DNA of 64,000 bases from the human T2T-CHM13v2.0 reference genome, Homo sapiens, in assembly GCF_009914755.1 (NCBI RefSeq), contig NC_060926.1; one strand, given 5' to 3'. The notes under the pieces were generated by a model that made no database searches, was not told the DNA's origin, and saw only the letters and a program-made list of their open reading frames with translations. The number at the start of each line of letters is the position of its first letter. The first letter of the stretch is position 1. Shown one piece after another: positions 27,701-40,882 of the stretch. The position numbers were made by a program, and so were the translations under genes.

Positions 27701-29014
27701 GTGCCCAACAGCTCATTGAGAACGGGCCAGGATGACAATGGCGGCTTTGTGGAATAGAAAGGCGGGAAAGGTGGGGAAAAGATTGAGAAATCGGATGGTT
27801 GCCGTGTCTGTGTAGAAAGAAGTAGACATGGGAGACTTTTCATTTTGTTCTGCACTAAGAAAAATTCCTCTGCCTTGGGATCCTGTTGATCTGTGACCTT
27901 ACCCCCAACCCTGTGCTCTCTGAAACATGTGCTGTGTCCACTCAGGGTTAAATGGATTAAGGGCGGTGCAAGATGTGCTTTGTTAAACAGATGCTTGAAG
28001 GCAGCATGCTCGTTAAGAGTCATCACCAATCCCTAATCTCAAGTAATCAGGGACACAAACACTGCGGAAGGCCGCAGGGTCCTCTGCCTAGGAAAACCAG
28101 AGACCTTTGTTCACTTGTTTATCTGCTGACCTTCCCTCCACTATTGTCCCATGACCCTGCCAAATCCCCCTCTGTGAGAAACACCCAAGAATTATCAATA
28201 AAAAAATAAATTAAAAAAAAAAAAAAAAAAAAAAAACCTCACATGCAATTAGAGTCCATTTCCCTCTCAGATAAAAAGTTCAGGGTATTTCCTGTTTGGT
28301 TCCACAGAATTGTATGGGGCTTCAGAATGATGGAGGCTCTGCCATCCTCACCATATGGTATTTTGTCCTAGCGTCAATATGTTGTAGGCAAGGAGGAAAA
28401 GGGCAGATAGAATTAGGTTTAGGAGATTTAATGGGGCAGACCTGGGAGGGAGGCATAGCTCTTCCTCTCACATTCCATTAGCTACACTGAACTTTAGGAG
28501 AAACTCAGAAATGTAATCTAGCTATATATCTCGGAAAAAGAGGGAATGGATTTTCATAGCATCTAAGTCTTTCTTCCCAGAAGTCATTTAAAATTAATTA
28601 TTTTGAAATCAATTTCTGACCATTATTGGGGGCCATTATTCAGCCTGCCATAGGGCACTTGAAGAAACTCCAGCCAAGAGAGCTACTTTTCCTAAAAGAT
28701 ATACTGTGAATCTTGAAGATGTTACTAGTTGTTATATGAGTGGGAAAGTTTTCTTGAAAAAGTTAGCTTGGGAAAATTGGATTAAGCAAAATTAAGCAGT
28801 TTTTCTTTACTTCTCAGAGCCTCAAGTGAGACTCTAAGATAAAACATAGTTGCAACTTATAGGAGCCCTGAATCATTTGTTTCCACAGAGTATCTTGCAA
28901 AACTGATATTGTATGTGACAAGTTCTAAGTGGCACTGCATCTGAGGTATTTGAAAAACTGTCATGTAAAAAAATAAAGTGGACTTGTGCAAGTCTTTGGA
29001 TGTGAAACCGGGAA

Positions 29015-29215
29015 CAAATGACAAAGAAAATGTGGTATATATACATCATGGAATACTATGCAGTCATAAAAAAGAATGAAGTCCTATCTTTTGCAGTAAC
29101 ATATGGAGGTAAAGGCCATTATCTTAAGCGAACTAACTCAGCAGAAAGTCAAATATCACATGTTCTCACTTATAAATGGGAGCTAAATAATGGGTACACA
29201 AGAACATAAAGATTG
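29015..29215 (+). mobile_element. L1MA-type 3' fragment
   Basis: aaagaaaatgtggtatatatacatcatggaatactat...atgttctcacttataaatgggagctaaa. Confidence 0.85.
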
Positions 29216-29777
29216 TGTGAAAAAAAAAGAAAGTGACGAAAGGTCAGGTTTTGGCTCAGTAATCAGCACTCTAAGAATCTGCTAAAACAAGATAAACTTC
29301 TCCAAAATGCAGCGAATTTCAAAAAGTATTCATTTCAGAAAGTAATCATGATGGTCTGTATCAGCATTTCTCAGATTTTCCTATGAATATGCATCATCTT
29401 GGGGTCTTGGTAAAATGCAGATTTTTACTCCACATATCTGGGTTAAGGCCTGTGATTCAGTGACAGTGATGTTTCTGGAGGATGAAGAGAGATGCAAGCA
29501 TTGGATACATGGTTAGACCGAAGAATCTTTATTTTTTTTTAAATCCTTCTTCCAATTCTGAGGTCTCTGAACTATTAGATTAGCAGAGCCTTCCTGATTA
29601 TTGAGAATTTATCCTTAACACGGAGCATAAAATAATAAAACAGTAAACTATGGGATGCTTGATATTACAACATAAAAAGTATAACCAAGTCAGTAAGTTT
29701 TGTGTGATAGAAGAGATTTCTTTCCAGATTTGTTAATACAAATTTGTGAAGCTTATTATTCATTCAGTACCTGGGAT

Positions 29778-30325
29778 TCAGACACAGACACACAGATACA
29801 TATGCACAAAAACATAGGCATATAGATAGGGACATATAGACACAGACACGTAGACATAGCCATATAGACAAAGACATAGACACAGACATAGATGTAGATA
29901 TAGAATATAGATGTAGTCACAGACACACAGATATAGACATATAGACATACATGTGTATGTAGACATGTGTGTATATAGACATACATAGACATATAGATAG
30001 GGACATATATACTCAGATATACAGACACAGACACATAGAAATAGACACAGAGGCATAGAAATAGACACAGACATAGACACACAGACATAGGCATATAAAA
30101 ACATAGACATATAGATATATAGACACAGACATATAAACATAGACATGGATATATAGACATATAAACATAGAAATATAGGCATAGATATGTAGACACAGAC
30201 ACAGACATATAGACATAGGCATGGACATACAGACATAGACATATAAACAAAGACATAGATATAGACATATAGACATAGGTACAGACATAGCATAGACATA
30301 TAGAGATAGATATATAACTTATACA
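29778..30325. repeat. Degenerate (AGACAT/AGACAC/AGATAT)n low-complexity tandem tract
   Basis: About 550 bp in which nearly every second base on + is A; period 2 and 6. Confidence 0.95.
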
Positions 30326-31214
30326 TCTGTTTTAATTTTGATCAGTTATATACTTGGAAACCGGGTAAATGAGCTTCTTAGAATTGTGTATGGAATGAGG
30401 ATAAATCCATTTTGAATTGCAGCATAATACTGGCCGATTTTATTGGGTCAGACTAATGATAAGCTAATATTGATTAATTCAATAAACATTATAGTATCTA
30501 CTATGTGCCAGATAAGGCACTGGGCACTGCAGAGTCAGAAGTGGGCAAAACAGCCATGATCTCAGCTTTCATGGAACTTAGACCCTAAACAAATAATCAC
30601 CAAGTTAAACAATAACAACCGTGAAAAGTATTATGGACTGGATTTAGTAGGGACACCTAAGAGTATAGGAAGCATGGGAATAAAAAAAATTAGGCTATAT
30701 CATATTAGACTAGGGAATGTCTTAGAACTAGCTACGAAAGCTCAGTTCTACTTGCCTTTCAGAAATTTCTCCAGAAGGAATGGCAAAAAATCAAACTATT
30801 TTTCTTAAGTGGGTGAATGTCAAGAGACTGGCAAAAAGCCCCAGAAAAGAAAATGCAATGCCTCTGCCCAATATGTTGATTCTTTACAGGGCCGTAAGAG
30901 AGGGGAATTCTTCCCTTCTACTTTCAAATCTTCTGAACACTGAAGAGACATTTTTAAAGTAATAATAATAACGATGACGCAGAAGCATTTCTGCCTAGAG
31001 CACCTACTCCCTACCTAAAGGACCCACCCAGAGGGATAAAATGACAGTAAGTAGAAGGCTTGTTCTAGTTTCTTCCTGGTGTCCAAAGGACACTTTTTTG
31101 TTGCCACCATTTGTGGTATATATGTTTCCTAGTGAATTATTGACCCATTACTATTCAATAGAAATTTACAAACTTGTGATTAGTCTTAACTGCTTTTGTG
31201 TGGGAATGAAGGAA

Positions 31215-33225
31215 TCACTATTCCTTAATTTTTATTAGTGTATAGTATTATATATCACAATTTATTTATTCATTCTATTGATGGACATTTGGGTTGTTTC
31301 AGATTTGATGCTATTAAGAATAAGATAGCACCAAACATTCTGGAACATTTAGTGTACGATTATACACAATTGTTTGGGGCATATATACAGAGAAGTAGAA
31401 TTGCTCTGTCATAGGGTATACATATATGTTCAGCTTTTATAGACATTGCTACTTTTTCCAAGGTGATATTACCAATTTATGCCTCCAAACAGTAGCATGT
31501 GAAAGTTCCACTTGTTCCACATTTTCACTTAGTATGGTCTTTTTCACTTTAGTCTGGCAAGTAAGTAGAAATATAACATTATGATGTGAATTTGCATTTC
31601 CCTGTTGATTAACGAGTTTGAGCAACTTTTCTTCTTTCTTGGGTGTTGGATATCCTTTTTGGGAAAGGAGTATTTTCATGTATTTTTGTTACTTTCTTTT
31701 GGGTTCTCTGTTTTTTATGGATTTGTAGGAGTATTTTGGTTTTGGTCAATATGAGTTATTTGCAGTCATATATATTGCAAGTACATTTTATCACTCAATA
31801 GCTTGCTTTCTGTCTTTCTTAATGGTTTCATTTAATGAATAAAGGATCCTAATTTTGTATGGTTAGTGCTCTTTTTTCCCACATGGTTATAGTGATATTC
31901 TCCTATACTTCCAGAAACTTAATTTTATCTTTCACATTTAAAACTATAATACACCTAGGGTTGGTTTTTTCACTTGTATGTTTATGGAAAATTTCAAACT
32001 TATAAGAAATTTAAAGAATATAATAAATTCCAGTGAATCTCAGACCCATCCAAATTGTCAATTGATAGCCAATCTTGTTTCATTTATACCCACATTTACT
32101 TCTCTCTTACTCTGGGTTATTTTGAAGCAAATCTCAGACATATACTTCAGTATTTACATCTAATATATAAGGACTCTTTTTAACCAAATAATATAATCAT
32201 ATCAACTTTTTAAATTTTTTTAAGTTTTGTTATTATTACATATTCAGGAAATATTAAAATTTCTCCAATTGTCTCACAATTGTTTTTTGCTATAGTTGCT
32301 TTTCTCAAATCAGAAGTTGGATAAGGTATACACATTTCATTGGGTTGATATGCCTCTAAAAATTATTTTTACTCTATACATTTCCCTGTTTTTTTTTCTT
32401 AAAAAAGCATTTATTTAAGAAACTACGTCATTTGTCCTGTAGAATTCCTTTCATTCAGATTTGATAATTTGCTAACGTCATTTAATATGTCTCTGTCCCT
32501 GTATTTTCTGCAAATTGTAGTTAGACCCAGAGGCCTGATTAGATTTAGTTGATTTGGGGAGACAAGAATATTTCACAGGTGGTGCTGTGTGCTTCCTACT
32601 GTACAGCATTGACACACCTAGATGTCTGCGTGCCTATTTTTGTGTGCCATTGAGATTGATCAATGGGTTTAGCTGTTTACAGCCTGATCCATCAATTATA
32701 GGAGTCCCCACTTATGATGGGTTTTCCTATCAGCTTTTCATTTAATTGTTTTAGCCATGATCATTTCTGAGATTCATTATTTCATTAGAGGTTGAAAGTA
32801 GTGATATTCTAAGGCTATCTTTCCTTCTTAATTTGTTAACTCAACTTATTCTGAAAGAAAAACTTTTTAGCAACTATTTTGTTACCCAAATAGAGTTCTT
32901 ACCAGAAATGTGGGACAAATGCTTGATTCTTTTCCTTTATATACCAGCTTACAGAACAAGGAGTTGGAGGCCTAGCATCCTCCAAGATAATGGATGAGGT
33001 AATTGGTGTGCTGTTGTTGTGTTGGATTTTTTTAATCTTTAGAAATTCATGGTTTTTAGTACTATTTTATGTTTGAAACAAATGTCATCTCGTTCCATCT
33101 CTGGCCAGTGGAAGCCTATTCAAGTTGGTTCCTGAGTCCTTACCATAACCCCAGCAACTTTCATTAGTTTTCCTGCTTTCTCTTCGTAGTTGTTCCAAGT
33201 TCATATTATGTGCTTTCTATCTTGA
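31215..33225 (-). mobile_element. Old L1M (L1ME/L1MC-type) remnants
   Basis: attgatggacatttgggttgtttc, aatttgcatttccctg, catttgtcctgtagaattcc and other antisense L1M 3' motifs. Confidence 0.75.
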
Positions 33226-33228
33226 GTA

Positions 33229-33554
33229 GATGCTATTGGTGCCCTATCCAGATCTCTTTTATAGGACTATGTAAAAGAGAATGTTGCTGGTGGGAGTGTT
33301 GTCTGCTAATGGCTCACAGCTTCTGTCCTTCCCTGGAGAACTGCCCTTGGCTGATAGGAGCCACCTACCATAGAAAATTATGGACCTCACCCCCAACACA
33401 CACAGAAGCCTATGGCCAGAAGCTGACCACAGGGTGTCAAATTCAGAGGTATCAAAAGCTGCCCCTCTTGTCTCAAAGGGGTTGACACTGACTACCACGA
33501 GATTTATGCTCTAGAACCAGCCCACACGCCCCCCCAACAACCCTCACCCCCACG

Positions 33555-33590
<36 letters not shown>

Positions 33591-33750
33591 GTGGACTTTT
33601 CCTGAGATTACATCATTTTTCAACTCTTTCCTCTGCCCATCCTGATTCACTTTCTCCCTGATAGGTTTTCTTAAGACCACAATCTCAATAAATCACAAGC
33701 ACCAAAACCTCTTTCTTAGGCTCTGCGTCTGGAAAACCTGATATGCGACA
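33229..33750 (+). mobile_element. ERVL solo LTR (LTR16C-like) with an internal (CA)n at about 33558-33586
   Basis: tgctattggtgccctatccagatc...ggagaactgcccttggctga...ctcaataaatcac...ggaaaacctgatatgcgaca. Confidence 0.75.
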
Positions 33751-33955
33751 CTGCCCCTGACCTAAAGTTATTCATATTTATTTCTTCAGAATTGTAGGCT
33801 TCTCTTAATAGGAACTGGCTTCTCAGGGTTATAATCTGGATTCTAGAAGGTTTCACGAGTATATGGGCATCTCAGAAGTGAAAGAACACCAAGATGAGAA
33901 AGAGATACAGAAACAGAAGCTATCTGGCTGGATTAAAGGGGAAAAGTTGAACTAG

Positions 33956-34548
<593 letters not shown>

Positions 34549-36423
34549 AGTTTTTCTTTTAATATTAATCTTTTCTCACTGGATATTTCTGAATTCATAC
34601 AATTTTCTACACAAACTTCTAAAATTGCCCCAAGGCACAATGCTGATTTTCTATGAACTGAAAACCTGCATCTACAGAGAACAGGCTTCAATAAAGAATG
34701 TGTGTTGGAGCTTCTGTGAAGGAGCCCCTGGTAAATGGGATTTGCATGTTCACCTTAAAGCAAACTGTTAGGCACTGACCGAGGTTAGGCGCTGCTCCAA
34801 CTCCCTGAGGCCATTCCAGGATTGCCCAGGTACCCTGACATTGAACTCTACTTGAAGAGAAAATGCTTATTTTCCACTGGAGAAGATATCCAGCCCATCT
34901 CCAAGAATATGATTTCCACTTTCTTTCCTCCTTTTCCAAACAGCTCACAAAACCATGAAATGCCTAATAATTTTTGAGTTTAGGGAGATAAATTTGTTAA
35001 ACAAACACTCCCCCAGAGGAACTAGTAAGAGTTTTCTTTCCCTGAAGCTCCTGACAAATGCCCTACTTGTACCTGGGGATTACCACAATAAGAACCTTCT
35101 AAGAACAGGATCAAAGATGTTCCCAGAGGACTGAGAATGCTTTGAATCACCTCTCTGGCACCCTCACAGGCCCAGGAAATTTCATTGTCCCTCTAAGCAC
35201 CCATCCTCAGCACTCTATGTTTCAAAACCCTATTTACAATTCCTACAGGATTTTATGGGATTAATCTACAAGTCTCTGGCTCAATCAGTACTGTTTGGTA
35301 CCTGGTGTGATAAAACTGTAAGAAAGTTCCATGAGAATAGGGACATGGTTTATTCCCTGATGCAATCATGTCTGACACACAGCATGTGCTCAATAAACAA
35401 CTGTTGAATGAATTGAGTGAATGGTACTTTTGAAATATTAATAACAGCTTTCAAGTCTCATCCACAGGAAATCATGGAGCTGAGTTTCAAGCCCAGATCT
35501 GTCTTGCTCCAAAGCCACTGTGACACAGCACCCAAATGTAAGTACCTGAGGCTCTAAAAGTTGCAAAGAAGTGGTGAGTGTGTGCTGGGCCCAGGTGATA
35601 ATTCCTTGTTCAGTAGGACAGGCCCTTTTCAAAATTCCTTCAGTAATGGATAAGGCAGGGGTCACGTTTTCAGAGAGCTGGGAATTTTTTTTTTGGTGAT
35701 GGGTGGGTAGAGGAGCTAGTCAAAATTCATTCTTACTAACTTCTGGTTTAAGCTCCAACATGTTGAGGTTGAATGTCATCATACTCCTCCTTGCAACAAG
35801 AAAGAAAACTGAACAAACTAAATATCAGTGACTTTTCTTGGACCCCTCAAAGAATTGAGCTCTTAGGGCAAACCACTACCCTGAAGTCTAGAGAGAGAGA
35901 TAAATACAGACATCACAATTAAGATCTGCTTACCTGAAGCAGAAGCTATAAACTAGTAGGAACACTCTAATGGTCATTTTGATAAATTGCTGGAGGCTGA
36001 GTGTGTACTAGCTTGACAGTGAAAAACTCCAAGGAGCTATAGTCTTAAAGGGCCCCACACTTTCATGGTTTTACCTCCAGGAACCCAGCAAGTTTCTCAT
36101 TTTAAAGAACCAAGAAAGAGCTCCTCATGGGTCTGTTAGGGGAAGAGAAAAAGCAACGGTTGTGAAATATACCATATACTTTAGAGCACAGAGAGAGAAC
36201 TTTAAAGTATGCAAATGATAAATGAGTTAAAACTCATGGAGAAGGTTGACATATCCCAGGATGAAATGTAGACTATGTTAAAAGAATCTAAGTGTATTAT
36301 TATGAAACAACCTCACTGAAGAGGGTGGAGGAAAAATAAGTAACAAACTTTGGAAATGAATGAAGTCTGTAAGACAAAATGTAAAAACTTTACTAAGCAC
36401 TGCATAAGTCCTGCACTGTAGTT

Positions 36424-36894
36424 CAGTGTCCCCAAACTTTTTGACACCAGGGGCCAGTTTCCTGAAAGACTATTTTTCCACAGACTGGAGGGGGGGATGG
36501 TTTCAGGCTGATTCAAGTGCATTACATTTATTGTGTACTTTATTTCTATTATTATTACATTGTAATACATAATGAAATAATTATACCACTCACCATAATG
36601 CAGAATCAGTGGAGCCCTGAGCTTGTTTTTCTGCAACTAGATGGTCCCATCTTGGCGTGATGGGAGACAGTGACAGATCACCACGCATTAGATTCTCATA
36701 AGGAGTGCACAACCTAGGTCCTTCACATGCTCAGTTCACAGTGGGGTTCGTTCTCTTATGAGGATCTAATGCAGCCGCTGATCTGACAGGATGGGGAGCT
36801 CAGGCAAAAATGCTTGCTTGCCTGCCGCTCACCTCCTGCTATGTGGCCCGGTTCGTAACGGGTCACGGACCGGTACCAAGTGTTGGGGACCCTG
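36424..36894 (-). mobile_element. MER1A hAT-Charlie DNA transposon
   Basis: TIRs cagtgtccccaa / ttggggaccctg; 8-bp TSD CTGTAGTT/CTCCAGTT. Confidence 0.92.
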
Positions 36895-37121
36895 CTCCAG
36901 TTGGTAAAATGGTTTCACATAGGGGTATGGGTTAACAATTCTGACACTGCTATATATGTACACTGGGATTGAAAAATTAAGTAAATGAGTGGTGCGTGGT
37001 AAGAGAAGTTTCTCACTGTTGGAGTGGAAGGTTACAGACAAGAAAGAGAAGGAGGCTAGAATGATCTATGTGGATTAGAGTTGGAGACACGTACATACAG
37101 ATGATTATATACAGAAATATT

Positions 37122-37199
37122 TGCATAAGCACTACACTCTAGTTCAGCAGTCCCCAACCTTTTTTGCACCAGGGACCGGTTTCGTGAAAGACAATATTT
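37122..37199. repeat. Displaced copy of the L1/MER1A junction (36401-36477)
   Basis: tgcataagcactacactctagttcagcagtccccaacctttttt...gaaagacaatattt aligns to 36401-36477 at about 80% identity. Confidence 0.85.
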
Positions 37200-38286
37200 A
37201 TAGATATGTGTGCATAGGCAAAGTAGCATACATACATATATTTCCTTGCTCTGCCATCTGAGAGGAGCTAGAAGCAACACAAACCCAGTAGCAACCAGCT
37301 ACCAGCACCTAGACCTTTGTCTCTAATACCATTCTCCAATAAAAGTCTCCTTGGAGAAATGGGTAATTCTAGGACAAGGGAAGGAAATATAGAAGATGAG
37401 CCTGGAATATTTTGTTGTGCTAGAAATAAGAAAGTTTGAAAATAACAAAACACATATGTACGGGGGTATGTCAAAGACTCAGAAGCCAAATGAAAAAACT
37501 CCCAATGGCCAAAGCGGGAACAATTCAAGCAAGAAAATAAATAAAATAGCAGTATCAGGTTATAAACAAAAGTATAAAATGAATATTCATTAGTCTACAC
37601 TAACATAAAGAAATTAATAAACAGAGGAGAAGAAGTCAATCTCCCATGCAAAAGAATTCCAAGTAACTTATGTAGCTGCTGCTCTCTCAAGGAAGTAAAG
37701 TATAATTTCTCATTCTATCATTTATATCTGGGCTGCATTTAGTACCTTCCTTTGAAAGAGTACAATATGGAAGTGAGAGAAAAAAGTAACTTTCTAGAAG
37801 AGACCTGACTAACACTACCTCAACCAGGAGATCAAGGTTAATATCAACAGTAATCATTCATATTGATAGTTTGTATCCTTGACATGATGTTACGAGGATG
37901 ATACTTGACCTCTGAGGTCTTTCTCCCCCACCCCCCAAAAAAAATTAAAATTCAAAAATAAAATTTTTTTAAAAACCAGTCATGAGAAAAATATTAGACA
38001 AATTCCAATACAGGCACATTGTACAAAATACCTGACCAAAATTTTGACAGTCCTCCAAACTGTCAGAGTCATCAAAAACAAGGAAAGTCTGAGAAACTAT
38101 CACAGTCAAGAAGAGCCTGAGGAGACACGAATACTAAACATAATGTGAAATAGCCCATGTCACATGGGATCCTAGGACAGAAAAAAAAAGATATTTGCAA
38201 AAACCTAAGTAAATTTGAATAAACTATGGACTTTAGTTAATAATGTATCAGTATTGGTTCACTAGTTGTAACAAATTGTACCATAC

Positions 38287-38504
38287 TGCATTAGTCAATT
38301 TTCACGCTGCTAATAAAGACATACCTGAGACTGGGTAATTTATACAGGAAAGAGGTTTAATGGACTCACAATTCCACATGACTGGGGAGGTCTCACAATC
38401 GTGGCGGAAGTCAAGGATGAGCAAGTCACGTCCCACTGGATCCCTCCCAAAACATATGGGAATTCAAGATGAGATTTGGGTGGGGACACAGCAAAATCAT
38501 ATCG
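38287..38504 (-). mobile_element. THE1B-like LTR with internal deletion
   Basis: Both termini present in only 218 bp; 5-bp TSD CATAC. Confidence 0.9.
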
Positions 38505-40882
38505 CATACTAATGTGAGGTATTAATAAAAGGGAAAACTGAGTGTGGGGTACATAAGGATTCTTTACAATTTTCCTGTAAATCTAAAACCATTTTAAAGG
38601 GTAAAATGTTATTATTAAAAAATAATAATTCTAATTCATCCTGGGTTACCTATGTCTACTCTGTTTGTTTGACAAGGTTTTCATTTTGCGCATTGTTAAA
38701 TGGCATAAGGTGGGGAAGAAGGGATGGAAGAATCTGAAATCTGTGAACACAGCTAGGGCTTATTCATTATATTCAATTTTTAACATATCACAGAATTAAC
38801 TCTTGCTCTTTTGACTATGTAGCAAGCATCCACTGTAGCGAGCAGTAGCTCACAGTTGGACAAGTACTATATCTGAAGGCCAGGCTCTTGCCTCTAGTTT
38901 ATTTTGATGAAGCCCTGGTTTTCTGTATACCACTGGGGAGGCAGCTTCCCACTGACATCTACTTTGGCAAAATATATTGATGCCTCGCTCTTTTTAAATA
39001 GCAAAAATAAAATTCCATAAGGTGAAGCAGCTGGCAGACACCAGATCTTTTACTTTTTGTAATTTTGTTATATTGTTTTATCAGTTATCAGCAACTGTAA
39101 CTCACATAATCCCAAGTTCAAGTTCAACACCTAGAGAGCTTGATTCTCATCTCACAGTTATAGAAAATATATTTTCCTGGCTCCAAATGGAACATAAGTC
39201 CATCTCAAAAGCAATTACTGTGCCCAAGAATATGGTGACTGGTTGAATCTATACCTCCCAAAAGCTGGAGCTGAGGGGCAAAAGTGATTCCCACCCAAAG
39301 CACATGAACTGAGATTCAGGGAGAAAGTAGTTCCCCCTGAAGAAAGACAGAATAAAACTAACCGGAGTACGGAGAATGGATGCAGAGTAGCCAACAGCAG
39401 AGCAAAGCACGTTCATTCTAGGAAAATTAACAATTACATAAGATGAACATGAAGAATCCTCCTAACACCACTCACTTTCAGAGCCAGTCATTTTCTTCGA
39501 GCACATCCTCCCAGAGACCATCCTGTCTGCAGGCTTCAGGGGTGTATCTGATGGATCTGCCACATTCAAAGCCCTTCTGCCTTGTTTCTGCCTCACCCAC
39601 ACATGTGCTGCTCCATCCTCCTCATCTGTTTCATCCCACACTTCTGTCTCATTCGCACTATGTGCACTGATGGGGAGTGAGAAGAAAGATTATCCCTCAC
39701 CATTAAGAATTTATGCTAGGATATTTTTGTGAAGGCTTATTCTGGGTTTTTAGCATTAAAGAGACAAAAGATAATTTAAAAAGACATATGCTGGAAAACA
39801 TGAGTTCCAAACCCAGTTTAGAATTCTTTACTTGTGTGACCTTTGAAGTCACTTGACCTCCTCTCAGAGTTTGTTGCTTGTCTGTAAAACGAGAGAGTTA
39901 GACTATATTTATAAAGACCTGCAGACTGTATCCAGAAATAATGCTGTGATCAACTGAGTTAAAAAGCAAGCCCACTCACCTAAAACTCTCTATTAAATTT
40001 CCCAAGGCAGTTCTCTTTTTTACTAACAAAGAGAAAATGGTACATCCAACACAAATGTCTAGGATAAGCTCCTCAAGGGCAATGTCTAATTCATATTATA
40101 ATAGTGCCCTCACTCCAGCACCAAGCTCAGTGCCATGCACATAATGGGCATTCAATAACTGTTTGTTCAAGAATTAAATAATGATAGGAAGGGGAACCAA
40201 AGGAAAGGGATAAAAAGAATCATAATTTTAAAATTACTTTTTTGAGTTCTATATGCCAACCTCTGGCTGACAGATGTGTATGCTCCCTGAGTTTGGCAGC
40301 TGGACCAATGGCTGGGACTCTGGGGCCGGCCTCATAGCAGATACTTAGAAAGGCATCCTCCCCTTGGTTATGGGAGCTGACTTCCTTACAGAATGCTGAA
40401 GGTAGGCTGCTAGGAAGGAAAGGGAAGACTAAACAGAGTCAGACCTCAGTGCCTACCATGAACAACAGACAGGAGGGTTGGACACTGAGGCTGCAACTGC
40501 CAGAGTACCTGCACAGTGTGGGTGCTAGGACTTCTGCCTTCCATCCAGACTTAGAGATCCAGGGGCCTTCGGTTGGGCCTGTGGTGGTTTCCCGTTTCAC
40601 CCAGTTGTCCCCACCTCTTCCCAACACGGATCTAGAAGTGATACTAATTAGTCATTTAACAACCATAAGTTTGTCTCCTGTCATCTTCCTGGTCACCCAG
40701 GCTCCCAAGCAGTTTCAAGGCTAACCTATTCTTGGCTTTAGCCTCAGCCTCAACCATTACATACATTAAGCTGCCAAATTCTCTTCTAGAGTATTTTAGT
40801 CTTCCTTCCCATAAGCCCTCAGATATACAAAGGCCAGAATTCTCTTCCTCAAGCACAGACCTAATCATTGTCACTCACCTGC

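Larger units (their letters stand above)
25529..28231 (+). mobile_element. Full-length SVA retrotransposon, SVA_F-type
   Basis: (CCCTCT)n head, antisense Alu-like domain, GC-rich VNTR, HERV-K-derived SINE-R, AATAAA and poly(A); perfect TSD AAAAACCTCACATGC at 25514-25528 and 28232-28246; F-type motifs ctctcatgcggagccgaagc and gactggttttggtggagacgg. Confidence 0.98.
25465..28580 (-). mobile_element. MaLR LTR (MLT1J-like) split by the SVA (parts about 25465-25528 and 28232-28580)
   Basis: gttagggtaggctaactgctacaac before the SVA; gatggaggctctgccatc...cacattccattagct...gaaatgtaatctagct after it. Confidence 0.7.
35735..38610 (+). mobile_element. L1MD/L1MC-type remnant (5'-end-like segment followed by long 3'UTR), interrupted by MER1A and THE1
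   Basis: 3'UTR motifs: ctctaataccattctccaataaaa, caaggaaagtctgagaaact, tttcctgtaaatctaaaacc, A-rich end. Confidence 0.75.

Noticed and set aside
25487-28209. Many overlapping Pro/Gly/Arg-rich ORFs of up to 153 aa
   Set aside because: They are translations of the SVA hexamer, Alu-like, VNTR and SINE-R domains; SVA is non-coding and GC-rich repeats lack stop codons
29756-30326. 170-182 aa Cys/Tyr/Met/Val-rich ORFs
   Set aside because: Artefacts of a low-complexity tandem tract
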